33,326 nucleotides of DNA from Phycisphaeraceae bacterium (GTDB taxonomy: Bacteria; Planctomycetota; Phycisphaerae; Phycisphaerales; Zrk34), in NCBI GenBank assembly GCA_040905565.1, contig JBBDRF010000024.1, positions 1-33,326 on the forward strand. The letters are read 5' to 3'. The notes under the pieces were generated by a model. That model was not told the DNA's origin, did not search any database, and was given only the letters and a program-made list of their open reading frames with translations. Positions 9,843 through 18,895 of this stretch are shown here, piece by piece. A program made the translations under genes and the position numbers. The stretch's first letter is position 1. The number at the start of each line of letters is the position of its first letter.

Positions 9843-10850
9843 ATGGCTGACACCATCAAACGCATCCTCGTCACCGGCGGCGCCGGCTTCCTCGGCTCGC
9901 ACCTGTGCGAACGGCTCGTCGAGCAGGGCCACGACGTCATCTGCCTCGACAACTTCTTCACCAGCCAGAAAACCAATGTCCAGCACCTGCTGAGCGAACC
10001 CAACTTCGAGTTGATCCGACACGACGTCACCCACCCGATCTGGCTCGAAGTGGATCAGGTCTACAACATGGCTTGCCCCGCCAGCCCGGTCCACTACCAG
10101 TTCAATCCCATCAAGACCATGAAGGTGTCGGTGATGGGCGCGATCAACGTGCTGGGCATGGCCAAACGCTGCAAAGCGAAAGTCCTTCAGGCATCTACGA
10201 GCGAAGTTTACGGCGACCCCGACGTTCATCCCCAACCCGAGTCCTACCGTGGCAACGTCAACCCCATCGGCATCCGCGCCTGCTACGACGAAGGCAAACG
10301 TGCCGCCGAGACCCTCTTCTTCGACTACTACCGCGCCAATCGCGTGAACATCCGCGTGGTCCGCATCTTCAACACTTACGGCCCGCGAATGCACCCTTAC
10401 GACGGCCGCGTCGTCTCCAACTTCATCCTTCAGGCCCTGCGCGGCGAAGACATCACCCTCTACGGCGACGGCAGCCAGACCCGCAGCTTCTGCTACGTCG
10501 ACGATCTGGTGAACGGCATCATGGCCATGATGAACGGCCCTGATGACTTCCCCGGCCCGGTCAACCTCGGCAACCCGCATGAGTTCACCATCCGCCAGCT
10601 TGCCGAGCTGATCCTCGAGATGGTCGACTCCAAAAGCGAACTGCAAGAGCTGCCCCTGCCCGCGGACGATCCGACGCAGCGCCGGCCGGACATCACGCTG
10701 GCCAAAGAAAAGCTGGGCTGGCAGCCGACGGTCGAGCTGCGCGAGGGGCTGACGAAGACGATTGACTACTTCGCCAACCTCGACCTGCGTCTGTACCGTA
10801 AGCCGACGGATCACACCGCCCACAAGTCGTCGATGCTCGCATCCCGGTAG
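9843..10850 (+). CDS. uxs: UDP-glucuronate decarboxylase (UDP-xylose synthase), extended SDR family
   Basis: Motifs [56 protein letters not shown] and [10 protein letters not shown]. Confidence 0.93.
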   Translation: MADTIKRILVTGGAGFLGSHLCERLVEQGHDVICLDNFFTSQKTNVQHLLSEPNFELIRHDVTHPIWLEVDQVYNMACPASPVHYQFNPIKTMKVSVMGAINVLGMAKRCKAKVLQASTSEVYGDPDVHPQPESYRGNVNPIGIRACYDEGKRAAETLFFDYYRANRVNIRVVRIFNTYGPRMHPYDGRVVSNFILQALRGEDITLYGDGSQTRSFCYVDDLVNGIMAMMNGPDDFPGPVNLGNPHEFTIRQLAELILEMVDSKSELQELPLPADDPTQRRPDITLAKEKLGWQPTVELREGLTKTIDYFANLDLRLYRKPTDHTAHKSSMLASR

Positions 10851-11103
10851 GTTGCCTGTTCGCCGCAACGGTGCGATGGGGCGAGTGTTGCTGAACGCGA
10901 GGCGTTGCGGCGCAGCACTGAGACATTGGCGCACAATGCCGAAGCTTTATAGCCTTCGTCAACGCTGGCAATGCCGCGCCCAAAGGCACCGGCCGTCCTC
11001 GTATTCAGACGTGTGGCTTCCGCGTGTGCTGAGCAGGTTTGACAGGCACAGATTCTGAAACTGATCGAAGACGGGTCCAGGCAGTTTTTCGCCAGGAGTT
11101 TTT

Positions 11104-13353
11104 ATGTCCCACCGCATCGAAGAGGCGTCGTGGAAACATCGACTGACCGTGCTCAGCCCGTTCGGCCTCGGCCAGCAGAAGCCGCAACACTTTCGTGACA
11201 TGCTCGGTGTCGTCTGGAAGAATCGCGACAACCTGCCCTATGCCTGGAAGGTGCTCAGCCGCGGCGTCTGCGATGGCTGTGCCCTGGGCGTGGCGGGTTT
11301 TCACGACTGGACCATCGACGGCGTTCACCTGTGCACCACGCGGCTGAACCTGCTGCGCCTGAACACGATGCCCGCCATGGATCACGATCAACTGGCGGAC
11401 GTGCAGCGCCTCAAGCAGATGGACAACGCGCAGCTGCGCGAGCTGGGACGACTGGCATACCCGATGCGGCGGCGGCGGGGTGAGCCGGGCTTTACACGCA
11501 TCTCGTGGGACGACGCCTATGCCAGCCTCGGCCAGCGCATCCGCGCCGCCAGCAGCCCCGATCGGCTGGCCTTTTTCATGACCTCGCGCGCCATCACCAA
11601 CGAAGTCTACTACGTCGCACAGAAGGTCGTCCGCTGGCTGGGCACGAACAACATCGACAATGCGGCACGGCTGTGCCATTCGCCCTCCACTGCGGCGATG
11701 AAAACCGGCATCGGCGTCGCCGCCACCACCTGCTCCTACAAGGACTGGTATGGCACGGACCTGCTCGTGTTCTTCGGCTCCAACCCCGCCAACGATCAAC
11801 CCGTCACCACCAAGTACCTGCACGGCGTCAAGAAGGAGGGCACGCGCGTGGTGATGGTCAACCCCTACCTCGAGCCGGGCATGAAGCGGTATTGGGTGCC
11901 ATCCACCGCCAGCTCGGCCGTGTTCGGTACGAAGATCGCCGACGACTGGTTCCCGGTGAGCAAGGGCGGCGACATCGCTTTCCTCTACGGCGTCATCCGC
12001 ACGCTTATCGAGGAAGGCTGGTGCGATACCAACTTCATTGAACAGCACACCGCCGACTTCGACGCCCTCGCCGAAAAGGTGCGCGAGCTGTCATGGGAGG
12101 AGCTGGAAAAGCAGGCGGGCCTGCCGCGCGCGAGCATGCGCGAATTCGCCGAGCTGGTGCGCGATGCGAAGAACGCCGTGCTCGTCTGGTCCATGGGCAT
12201 TACGCAGCACCGCTTCGGCGGCGACGGCGTGCAGATGATCGTCAACCTCGGTCTGCTGCGCGGGTACGTGGGACGCGACAAGAACGGCCTCATGCCCATC
12301 CGCGGCCACTCCGGCGTGCAGGGCGGCGCGGAGATGGGCGCTTACGCCACCGCCTTCCCCGGGGGGAAGCCGATCAATGCAGAGAACGCGGCGCAGCTTG
12401 CCGAGCAGTACGGCTTCGACGTGCCCGATCGGCCTGGCATCACCTCCGCCAACATGGTCGAAGCGGCGCATCGCAACGAGTTGGACCTGCTTTACTGTGC
12501 CGGCGGCAACTTCCTCCGCACCCTGCCCGACCCGGATTATGTGGCCAAAGCGATGGCCAACGTGCCCCTGCGCGTGCACCAGGACATCATCCTCACCGAC
12601 CAGATGCTCATCGACCCCACGCACGAGCAGGGCGAGGTGCTGCTGCTGCCCGCCCGCACGCGCTACGAACAAGAGGACGGCGGCACGCAGACGTCCACCG
12701 AACGCCGTGTGATGTTCAGCCCGCAGATTCCGCGGACCGTCGGCGAAGCGAAGTCAGAATGGAAAATCTGGTTGGAATTGGCCGAGGCGGTCGACGCCGA
12801 ACGCGCCAAACAACTCGGCTGCGCCACGGGCAAGGCCATCCGCGACGAGATTGCCCGCGTGGTGCCGATCTACGACGGCATTCAGCACCTGAAAAAAACC
12901 GGGGATGCGTTCCAGTACGGCGGCCCCCACCTGTGCGCCGACGGCAACTTTCCCACGCCCGACGGCAAAGCGCACTTCCGCCCCGTGCCGCTGCCCAAGC
13001 AGCAGCGCCGAAAAGGCTGGTTCGACCTGAGCACCCGGCGCGGCAAGCAGTTCAACACGCTGATTTACGCCGAGGTGGACCCGCTCAACGGCGCGCCGCG
13101 TGATGCGGTGTTGATGAACAGCGACGATGCGGCCAGGCTGCACTTGAAGCATCGCGACCGCGTGGTGCTGGTCAATGAGCACGGCCGATATGATGCGAGT
13201 GTGTTTCTCGCACCGATCGCACCGGGGAACCTGCAGGCGCACTGGCCGGAGAGCAACGGGCTGATTCCGCATGGGGTGCTTGACGAAGCGGGGGGCGTGC
13301 CGGACTACAACGCACAGGTGCGCGTCGAACGTGTCGAGGGAGCCGGCGTATGA
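11104..13353 (+). CDS. FdhF/YdeP family molybdopterin oxidoreductase
   Basis: Motifs CDGCALG, NNIDNAARLCHSPS, WSMGITQH, PIRGHSGVQG and STRRGKQFN, with C-terminal PDYNA. AGGAG RBS; no Tat signal seen. Confidence 0.92.
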   Translation: MSHRIEEASWKHRLTVLSPFGLGQQKPQHFRDMLGVVWKNRDNLPYAWKVLSRGVCDGCALGVAGFHDWTIDGVHLCTTRLNLLRLNTMPAMDHDQLADVQRLKQMDNAQLRELGRLAYPMRRRRGEPGFTRISWDDAYASLGQRIRAASSPDRLAFFMTSRAITNEVYYVAQKVVRWLGTNNIDNAARLCHSPSTAAMKTGIGVAATTCSYKDWYGTDLLVFFGSNPANDQPVTTKYLHGVKKEGTRVVMVNPYLEPGMKRYWVPSTASSAVFGTKIADDWFPVSKGGDIAFLYGVIRTLIEEGWCDTNFIEQHTADFDALAEKVRELSWEELEKQAGLPRASMREFAELVRDAKNAVLVWSMGITQHRFGGDGVQMIVNLGLLRGYVGRDKNGLMPIRGHSGVQGGAEMGAYATAFPGGKPINAENAAQLAEQYGFDVPDRPGITSANMVEAAHRNELDLLYCAGGNFLRTLPDPDYVAKAMANVPLRVHQDIILTDQMLIDPTHEQGEVLLLPARTRYEQEDGGTQTSTERRVMFSPQIPRTVGEAKSEWKIWLELAEAVDAERAKQLGCATGKAIRDEIARVVPIYDGIQHLKKTGDAFQYGGPHLCADGNFPTPDGKAHFRPVPLPKQQRRKGWFDLSTRRGKQFNTLIYAEVDPLNGAPRDAVLMNSDDAARLHLKHRDRVVLVNEHGRYDASVFLAPIAPGNLQAHWPESNGLIPHGVLDEAGGVPDYNAQVRVERVEGAGV

Positions 13354-14177
13354 CTGTGCCCGCCGATCACATCGCGACAGTGCGTGTCTGGCGTTGGCGC
13401 GCCGGGGAATCACCCACGCAGATTGATGACGCCCTGGTGCATGAGCAGCCGCTTGAGATTCGGGTGCGCGGGCGGGCGGTGGCGGTGACGATGCGCACGC
13501 CGGGGCACGACGGTGAGTTGGCTGCGGGTTTTCTGTTGACGGAGGGGGTGATCCGCGAGCCGGGCGATGTATTTGCCATCGAGCCTTGCCATCGTGCGCC
13601 GGACGAGGACGGGCAGGTGGTCAACGTCTTTCTCACCGAGGGCGTGGCGATGGATTACGAACGGCTGACGCGGCACGTCTTCGCCTCATCGAGTTGCGGC
13701 GTGTGCGGCAAGGCGACGATTGACGCGGTGCATCAACACTTCCCGCCGGTGGACGGGGAGCACTTCACGGTCAAGGCTTCGCTGTTGGCGGATCTGCCGA
13801 AGCGCATGCGAGTCGAACAGGCAGTGTTTCAGCGGACGGGCGGACTGCATGCGGCGGCGCTGTTTGATGCGGCAGGGCGGTTGCTTGTGTTGCGGGAGGA
13901 TGTCGGTCGACACAACGCGGTGGACAAGGTGATCGGGCACGCGTTTGAGCGGGGCTGGCTGCCGCTGCATCGACACGTGCTGCTGGTCAGCGGCCGGGCG
14001 TCGTTTGAGATCATGCAGAAGGCGCTGGCCGCGCGGGTGGCGGTGGTGGCGGCGGTGTCGGCGCCGTCGAGCCTGGCGGTCAACTTCGCCGAGCAGAGCG
14101 GGCAGACGCTGGCGGCATTCGTGCGCGAAGGGCGGGTGAACATCTACGCCGATCGCGATCGCGTCGAGTTGACGTGA
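13350..14177 (+). CDS. fdhD: Formate dehydrogenase accessory sulfurtransferase FdhD
   Basis: Motifs TMRTPG, SSCGVCGK, TGGLHAAALF, REDVGRHNAVDK and VSAPSSLAV. ATGA overlap with the upstream gene. Confidence 0.96.
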   Translation: MTVPADHIATVRVWRWRAGESPTQIDDALVHEQPLEIRVRGRAVAVTMRTPGHDGELAAGFLLTEGVIREPGDVFAIEPCHRAPDEDGQVVNVFLTEGVAMDYERLTRHVFASSSCGVCGKATIDAVHQHFPPVDGEHFTVKASLLADLPKRMRVEQAVFQRTGGLHAAALFDAAGRLLVLREDVGRHNAVDKVIGHAFERGWLPLHRHVLLVSGRASFEIMQKALAARVAVVAAVSAPSSLAVNFAEQSGQTLAAFVREGRVNIYADRDRVELT

Positions 14178-14178
14178 C

Positions 14179-14284
14179 GGCGTTTCGCGCAGAGAGCGAG
14201 GCGTCCGTGGAGGAAAGGCACTTATGAAGTTTTTCTTCTCTATGTCTCTTCTTCGCGATCTCCGCGCGCTCTGCGCGGAACGCC
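14179..14284. repeat. REP-like long inverted repeat (18/20 arms)
   Basis: ggcgtttcgcgcagagagcg (14179-14198) versus cgcgctctgcgcggaacgcc (14265-14284), with degenerate purine/pyrimidine-rich inner arms. Confidence 0.65.
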
Positions 14285-14402
14285 TTCTACATGGACCTCG
14301 TTGCCGAATCGGCGGATGCCATTGCCGATTGCGCCAAGCTTTGCGGCGTGAAGACTGGTAGGTTTGTCTTGATCGACATTTTTCACGCGACAGGAACCCA
14401 CC

Positions 14403-15452
14403 ATGACCGACCATGCTTTCCCCCGTATCCGCACCACCACCGTTGGCTCGTACCCCGTTCCCGACTGGCTCGCGGCGATGCCCAGCGAGCAGGCGCTGGT
14501 GGACGCGACGCGCGTGGTGGTCGACCTCCAACGGCAGGCGGGGATCGATCTGCCCACCGATGGCGAACTGTATCGCTTCGACGTGAACCATCCTGAAACG
14601 AACGGGATGATCGAATATTTCATTCGCCCGCTCGCCGGCATGCGGTCGCAGGTGGGGCGAAGTGATGCCGAGGCATTCACGAAGCTGACGGGCATGGGAT
14701 TTCGCACGAAGCCAGCCGGCGTGGTCGAGTCGGCGCTGGGCGAAGGCGGGCTGGACCTGCTGACCGATTGCCAACGTCTCGCGGCCGTGGCGGGCGGGCC
14801 GTTCAAGTTCACGCTTACCAGCCCGTACATGCTGGCGCGGACGCTGCTGGATCGGCATTACGGTTCGTTCGAGAAGCTGCTCATGGGCATCGCCGACGTC
14901 CTCGCCGACCAGGTGGCGGGCCTGCCCTGCGACTGCCTCCAGGTCGACGAGGCGAACATCCCCGGCAACCCCGACGACGCCGCCCTTGCCGCCGAGGCGA
15001 TCAACCGCGTCGTCTCACGCTACGAAGGCGAAAAGGCGGTGCACCTGTGCTTCGGCAACTACGGGGGCCAAACGATTCAGGAAGGGACGTGGGCGAAGCT
15101 GCTGGCGTTTCTTAACAGCTTGCAGGTGGACCATCTCGTGCTGGAACTGGCGCATCGGCCGGTCGAAGACCTCGACGCCCTGCGCGGTGTGGAAGATCGC
15201 ATCGGCATCGGCATTGGTGTGATTGATATCAAGACCAACCGGCTGGAGACGCCGGACGACGTGGCCCGGCGGATCGAGCAGGCCGAGCGCGTGCTGGGCG
15301 AAGGCCGGGTGAAGTGGGTGCATCCAGACTGCGGGTTCTGGATGCTCAAGCGCTCCGTGGCCGACCGCAAGATCGCGGCGCTGGTGGCCGGGCGAGACCG
15401 TTACCTCGGTCGGCAAACGGAGCAGACGCCGGCGGCGGCTTCGTCGGCGTAA
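14403..15452 (+). CDS. Cobalamin-independent methionine synthase-like core protein (MetE catalytic domain only)
   Basis: Motifs TTTVGSYP, TDGE and QVDE, with Zn ligands in VHLCFGN, VLELA and PDCG. At 349 aa it lacks the N-terminal barrel of full MetE. Confidence 0.85.
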   Translation: MTDHAFPRIRTTTVGSYPVPDWLAAMPSEQALVDATRVVVDLQRQAGIDLPTDGELYRFDVNHPETNGMIEYFIRPLAGMRSQVGRSDAEAFTKLTGMGFRTKPAGVVESALGEGGLDLLTDCQRLAAVAGGPFKFTLTSPYMLARTLLDRHYGSFEKLLMGIADVLADQVAGLPCDCLQVDEANIPGNPDDAALAAEAINRVVSRYEGEKAVHLCFGNYGGQTIQEGTWAKLLAFLNSLQVDHLVLELAHRPVEDLDALRGVEDRIGIGIGVIDIKTNRLETPDDVARRIEQAERVLGEGRVKWVHPDCGFWMLKRSVADRKIAALVAGRDRYLGRQTEQTPAAASSA

Positions 15453-15458
15453 GCGGTT

Positions 15459-17669
15459 TCAGCCGACGTCGATCAACCCCAGCGCTTCGCCGTACTGTTG
15501 CAGCAGGATGCGCCGCAGCATGGTACGGCCTTCGCCGGCGAGGTCGGGGTCGGCGTCGATGATCTGCCCCGCATCGCGTCGGGCGAGCATCAGCAGGTCC
15601 ATGTCCTCGGGGATGCGGGCCACGCGCAGCGGGGGCAGACCGCTTTGTCGCGTGCCGAAGAATTCGCCCATACCGCGAATCTCGAGATCCATTTCGGCGA
15701 TGCGGAAGCCGTCGTTCGTACCGACGATGGCATCGAGGCGTTTGCGTGCATCGTCGGTCGTCGGCTCGGCGACGAACACGCACAAGCTCCGTCGGCCGTC
15801 GCTGGATCGGCCCACGCGGCCGCGCAACTGGTGAAGCTGCGCCAGGCCGAACCGCTCGGCATGCTCGATCACCATCACGCTTGCGTTCGGCACGTCCACG
15901 CCGACTTCGATCACCGTGGTCGCCACCAGCACGTGAATCTTGCCCCGGCGGAAGCGGTCCATGATGCGTTCGCGCGTCTCGCGCTTCAGTCGACCGTGCA
16001 CCGCCGCCACCTCGTATCCCTCGAAAAACCGCTGCTGCAGCAGCTTTGCATGCTCCCGCACCGTTTTGAGTTGCGCGGTCGTTTCCGTGCCGGACGCATC
16101 AATGGCCGGCACCACCACATACGCCTGCTCCCCGCGCTCCACCCGTTGACGCGTGTAGCTGTAGACATCGTCTGCCTTGCCCGGATCGACCCGCCGATTG
16201 ACGATCGGCGTCCGGCCCGGCGGCAATGCGTTGATCAACGACACATCAAGGTCGCCGAAGATCGTCAGGCTCAACGTCCGCGGAATTGGCGTCGCGGTCA
16301 TCACCAGCTGGTGGGGGGTGCCTTGTTTCGCGCTCCGTGTTTCGCGCTGCGAGTTGGGGGCACCGTCTGAACGCGACACCTGGGGCTCGGAACGCGACAC
16401 CCGTCGCAGGGCGGCGCGCTGGTGGACGCCGAAGCGGTGTTGCTCGTCGATCACCGCTACCGCCAGATCGGCGAAGCGCACCGCGCCGCCCAGCAGCGCG
16501 TGCGTGCCCACGATGAGGTCCACCTCGCCCGCCGCGATACGCTCCAGCAGAGCTTTGCGCTCGGCGCTCTGGGGGGCGGGCTGGCTGCCGGTGAGCAGGG
16601 CAGCGCGAACGTTCGACCCATCAAGCATGTTGGTGATGGAGAGGTAATGCTGCTCGGCCAACAGCTCGGTCGGCGCCATCAGCGCCGCCTGCTTGCGCTC
16701 AGCAACCGCCATGAGCATCGCATACAGCGCCACCACGGTCTTACCCGACCCGACATCGCCTTGGAGCAGGCGGTTCATGGGGCGCGAGTCACAAAGGTCG
16801 CCAACGATTTCGCCGATCACTTTCTCCTGGGCACCGGTCAACGCGAAAGGAAACCGCTGGCGAATCTGCTGATCGATCGCGTCGTTGTGTTTCAGCACCG
16901 GCGCAGCCAGATGGCGGCGCACATGCGCCCGCTTCATCGCAATGCCCAGTTGCAGCAGCAGCAGTTCGTTGTACGCCAGCCGGCGCCGCGCCGACTTCCA
17001 CTCGGCCTCATGCTCCGGCCGATGGGCCATGTGGAACGCCTCGGCCAGCGTGGGCATGTTGTGATGCTTCAGCAGTTCGACCGGCATGGGATCGCGCACC
17101 TGCTCGATCACGCGCGGCAGCACCCCGCCGATGATCTGCTCGATTGTTGCCGAGGGCAGGTCTTCCGTGGCGGGATAGACCGGACGCAACCGTTCGTCGG
17201 CGGCCGGCGCCGTGTCCAACGCCTCCAACGGCTCCCACTTGGGGTTGACCATCTGGAGGTAGTCGCCGAACCGGCTGACCTTGCCCTGCACCCGCACATG
17301 CATGCCAGCCATGATCCGCTGACGCAGGTGCCCGCCGTTAAACCACGTCAGTTTCAGCCGACCTTGCGCGTCCGCGAGGGTCGCCTCAAAACGACCGCGA
17401 CTGCGCCCGCGTCCATAGCTGGGCACGAATCGCGTGGCTTCGATCGTGCCACGCGTCATGCCGATGCCGTCGATGGGCAGTTGGGCGATCTGGTCCTCCG
17501 CCGCCTCGAATTCGTAGCGCATCGGCAGGTGGCGCAGCAGGTCGCTGATGGACGCCATACCCAACCGACGCAGCAGCGATGCCCGCCGCTTGCCCACGTC
17601 CGGGATCGCGTCCACTGCTGAGTTCAGCCGCAGTTCGCACGCCTTCTTATCTGCCGCCGTTTCCGCCAT
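15459..17669 (-). CDS. recG: ATP-dependent DNA helicase RecG
   Basis: Motifs RLLQGDVGSGKT, MAPTELLAEQH, DEQHRFGVHQR, MTATPIPRT, ATTVIEVGVDVPNA and QLHQLRGRVGR. Start taken at ATG 17669. Confidence 0.97.
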   Translation of the reverse strand: MAETAADKKACELRLNSAVDAIPDVGKRRASLLRRLGMASISDLLRHLPMRYEFEAAEDQIAQLPIDGIGMTRGTIEATRFVPSYGRGRSRGRFEATLADAQGRLKLTWFNGGHLRQRIMAGMHVRVQGKVSRFGDYLQMVNPKWEPLEALDTAPAADERLRPVYPATEDLPSATIEQIIGGVLPRVIEQVRDPMPVELLKHHNMPTLAEAFHMAHRPEHEAEWKSARRRLAYNELLLLQLGIAMKRAHVRRHLAAPVLKHNDAIDQQIRQRFPFALTGAQEKVIGEIVGDLCDSRPMNRLLQGDVGSGKTVVALYAMLMAVAERKQAALMAPTELLAEQHYLSITNMLDGSNVRAALLTGSQPAPQSAERKALLERIAAGEVDLIVGTHALLGGAVRFADLAVAVIDEQHRFGVHQRAALRRVSRSEPQVSRSDGAPNSQRETRSAKQGTPHQLVMTATPIPRTLSLTIFGDLDVSLINALPPGRTPIVNRRVDPGKADDVYSYTRQRVERGEQAYVVVPAIDASGTETTAQLKTVREHAKLLQQRFFEGYEVAAVHGRLKRETRERIMDRFRRGKIHVLVATTVIEVGVDVPNASVMVIEHAERFGLAQLHQLRGRVGRSSDGRRSLCVFVAEPTTDDARKRLDAIVGTNDGFRIAEMDLEIRGMGEFFGTRQSGLPPLRVARIPEDMDLLMLARRDAGQIIDADPDLAGEGRTMLRRILLQQYGEALGLIDVG

Positions 17670-17776
17670 GTCGATGATCTTAATGGTAAGGACCACCCGC
17701 CGCCGGGCAAAACACTTCGATCAAACTTGCGTTGCACGCCAGCCGCGCGTCCCACAAACGGGTGCCTGAAAAATAC

Positions 17777-17791
17777 TGGCAAGCTCCTTGC
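17777..17791 (+). promoter_or_regulatory. Putative sigma-54 (-24/-12) promoter
   Basis: TGGCAAGCTCCTTGC: GG-N10-GC with TGGCA and TTGC consensus blocks. Confidence 0.55.
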
Positions 17792-17850
17792 CTCAGCAGT
17801 GTCGCTGAGACGCAATGCGTACATCCACCTAACATGGTAGGAGCCCAATC

Positions 17851-17970
17851 ATGAACATGCGACCCCCCAAACCTGCCGACAGGGCGACGGCTACCACCGA
17901 GCCCTGGCCACCAACGTCGGCGACTTCGACCCGAGCCAAGCGCCCACCGCCTGATCGCCGGGGCTTATGA
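17851..17970 (+). CDS. Possible small protein (39 aa) or gene remnant
   Basis: AGGAG-N7-ATG downstream of the sigma-54 motif. Translation [39 protein letters not shown]; no recognisable homology. Confidence 0.3.
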   Translation: MNMRPPKPADRATATTEPWPPTSATSTRAKRPPPDRRGL

Positions 17971-18873
17971 AGGGCGCGGGCCCATCAACACGGGCAGCGC
18001 GCGTGGCCGAACCTGGAACCGGCATCGGCAGTTGCTCAAGGACTCGCCATCGAGATTGAACGTCACGGCTGCTTCGGCCTCGAGGTCCAAGGACGTCACC
18101 TGTTGCTGAATAACGGCCGGGTGATCGGGTTCGCCGGTGGTCAGCGCATGGGCCAGTGCTTTAACCAACTCGCCCGCCGGGACATTGGCGACGAGGGTGA
18201 GATCAAGCAGGCCGTCGTCCAGTTCGGCGTGGGGGGCGATCACGTAGCCGCCGCCGGCGGTGCGGGCATTGGCGACGATGAGCATGAGCAGGTCGCCCTG
18301 CCAGTTCAGGTCAGCAGCGGTGACGGTGGCGGGACGGTGGGTGTCATCGGCCAGTTTGCTCAACGCGTTGAGCGAGTAGGCCGTGCCGCCGAACAATTGC
18401 TTGAGCGGTCCCGGCGTATCGGCGGTGACCTCGGCGTTCAAGCCCACACTGGCGGCATTGATAAACCACCGGTCGTTGACCTGGCCGAGGTCGATCCGCC
18501 GTGGCTCAGCGGCTGCGATCAGTTGCAACGCCGCGACGGGATCGCCCACGGGCATGCCGACGCCGATGGCGAAGTCGTTGGCCGTGCCATAAGGCAGCAC
18601 GCCCACGGCCGGCGGACCGTCGGGCCTGGCCGTCATCACCCCGTTGACCACTTCATTAAGCGTGCCGTCACCCCCGCCGGCAACGATGGCGTCAAACACA
18701 TCCCGCGCAACCGCCTCGGCAGCAAACTGCTCGGCCTGGCCCGGCTCCCACAACGCACGCACCTCAATGCGATGCCCCGCCTTCCGCAGTCCGTCCACGG
18801 CGGTTCGTAACAACGCGTCCCCGGCCGCAGGGGCATTCAGCAAGAGGCACATGGATCGCGCAGCATCAGCCAT
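17965..18873 (-). CDS. YegS/diacylglycerol kinase family lipid kinase
   Basis: Motifs [40 protein letters not shown] and NLDGE. Confidence 0.92.
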   Translation of the reverse strand: MADAARSMCLLLNAPAAGDALLRTAVDGLRKAGHRIEVRALWEPGQAEQFAAEAVARDVFDAIVAGGGDGTLNEVVNGVMTARPDGPPAVGVLPYGTANDFAIGVGMPVGDPVAALQLIAAAEPRRIDLGQVNDRWFINAASVGLNAEVTADTPGPLKQLFGGTAYSLNALSKLADDTHRPATVTAADLNWQGDLLMLIVANARTAGGGYVIAPHAELDDGLLDLTLVANVPAGELVKALAHALTTGEPDHPAVIQQQVTSLDLEAEAAVTFNLDGESLSNCRCRFQVRPRALPVLMGPRPS

Positions 18874-18895
18874 CATCTGACTGTAGGCGGGACAA

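Noticed and set aside
10861..11103. Possible Moco riboswitch or shared operator upstream of the FdhF/YdeP and MetE-core genes
   Set aside because: Only a 10-bp inverted repeat (10861-10870 and 10903-10912) and a shared 8-mer TTGGCGCA were seen. I could not recognise a riboswitch consensus; an Rfam/Infernal scan would be needed.
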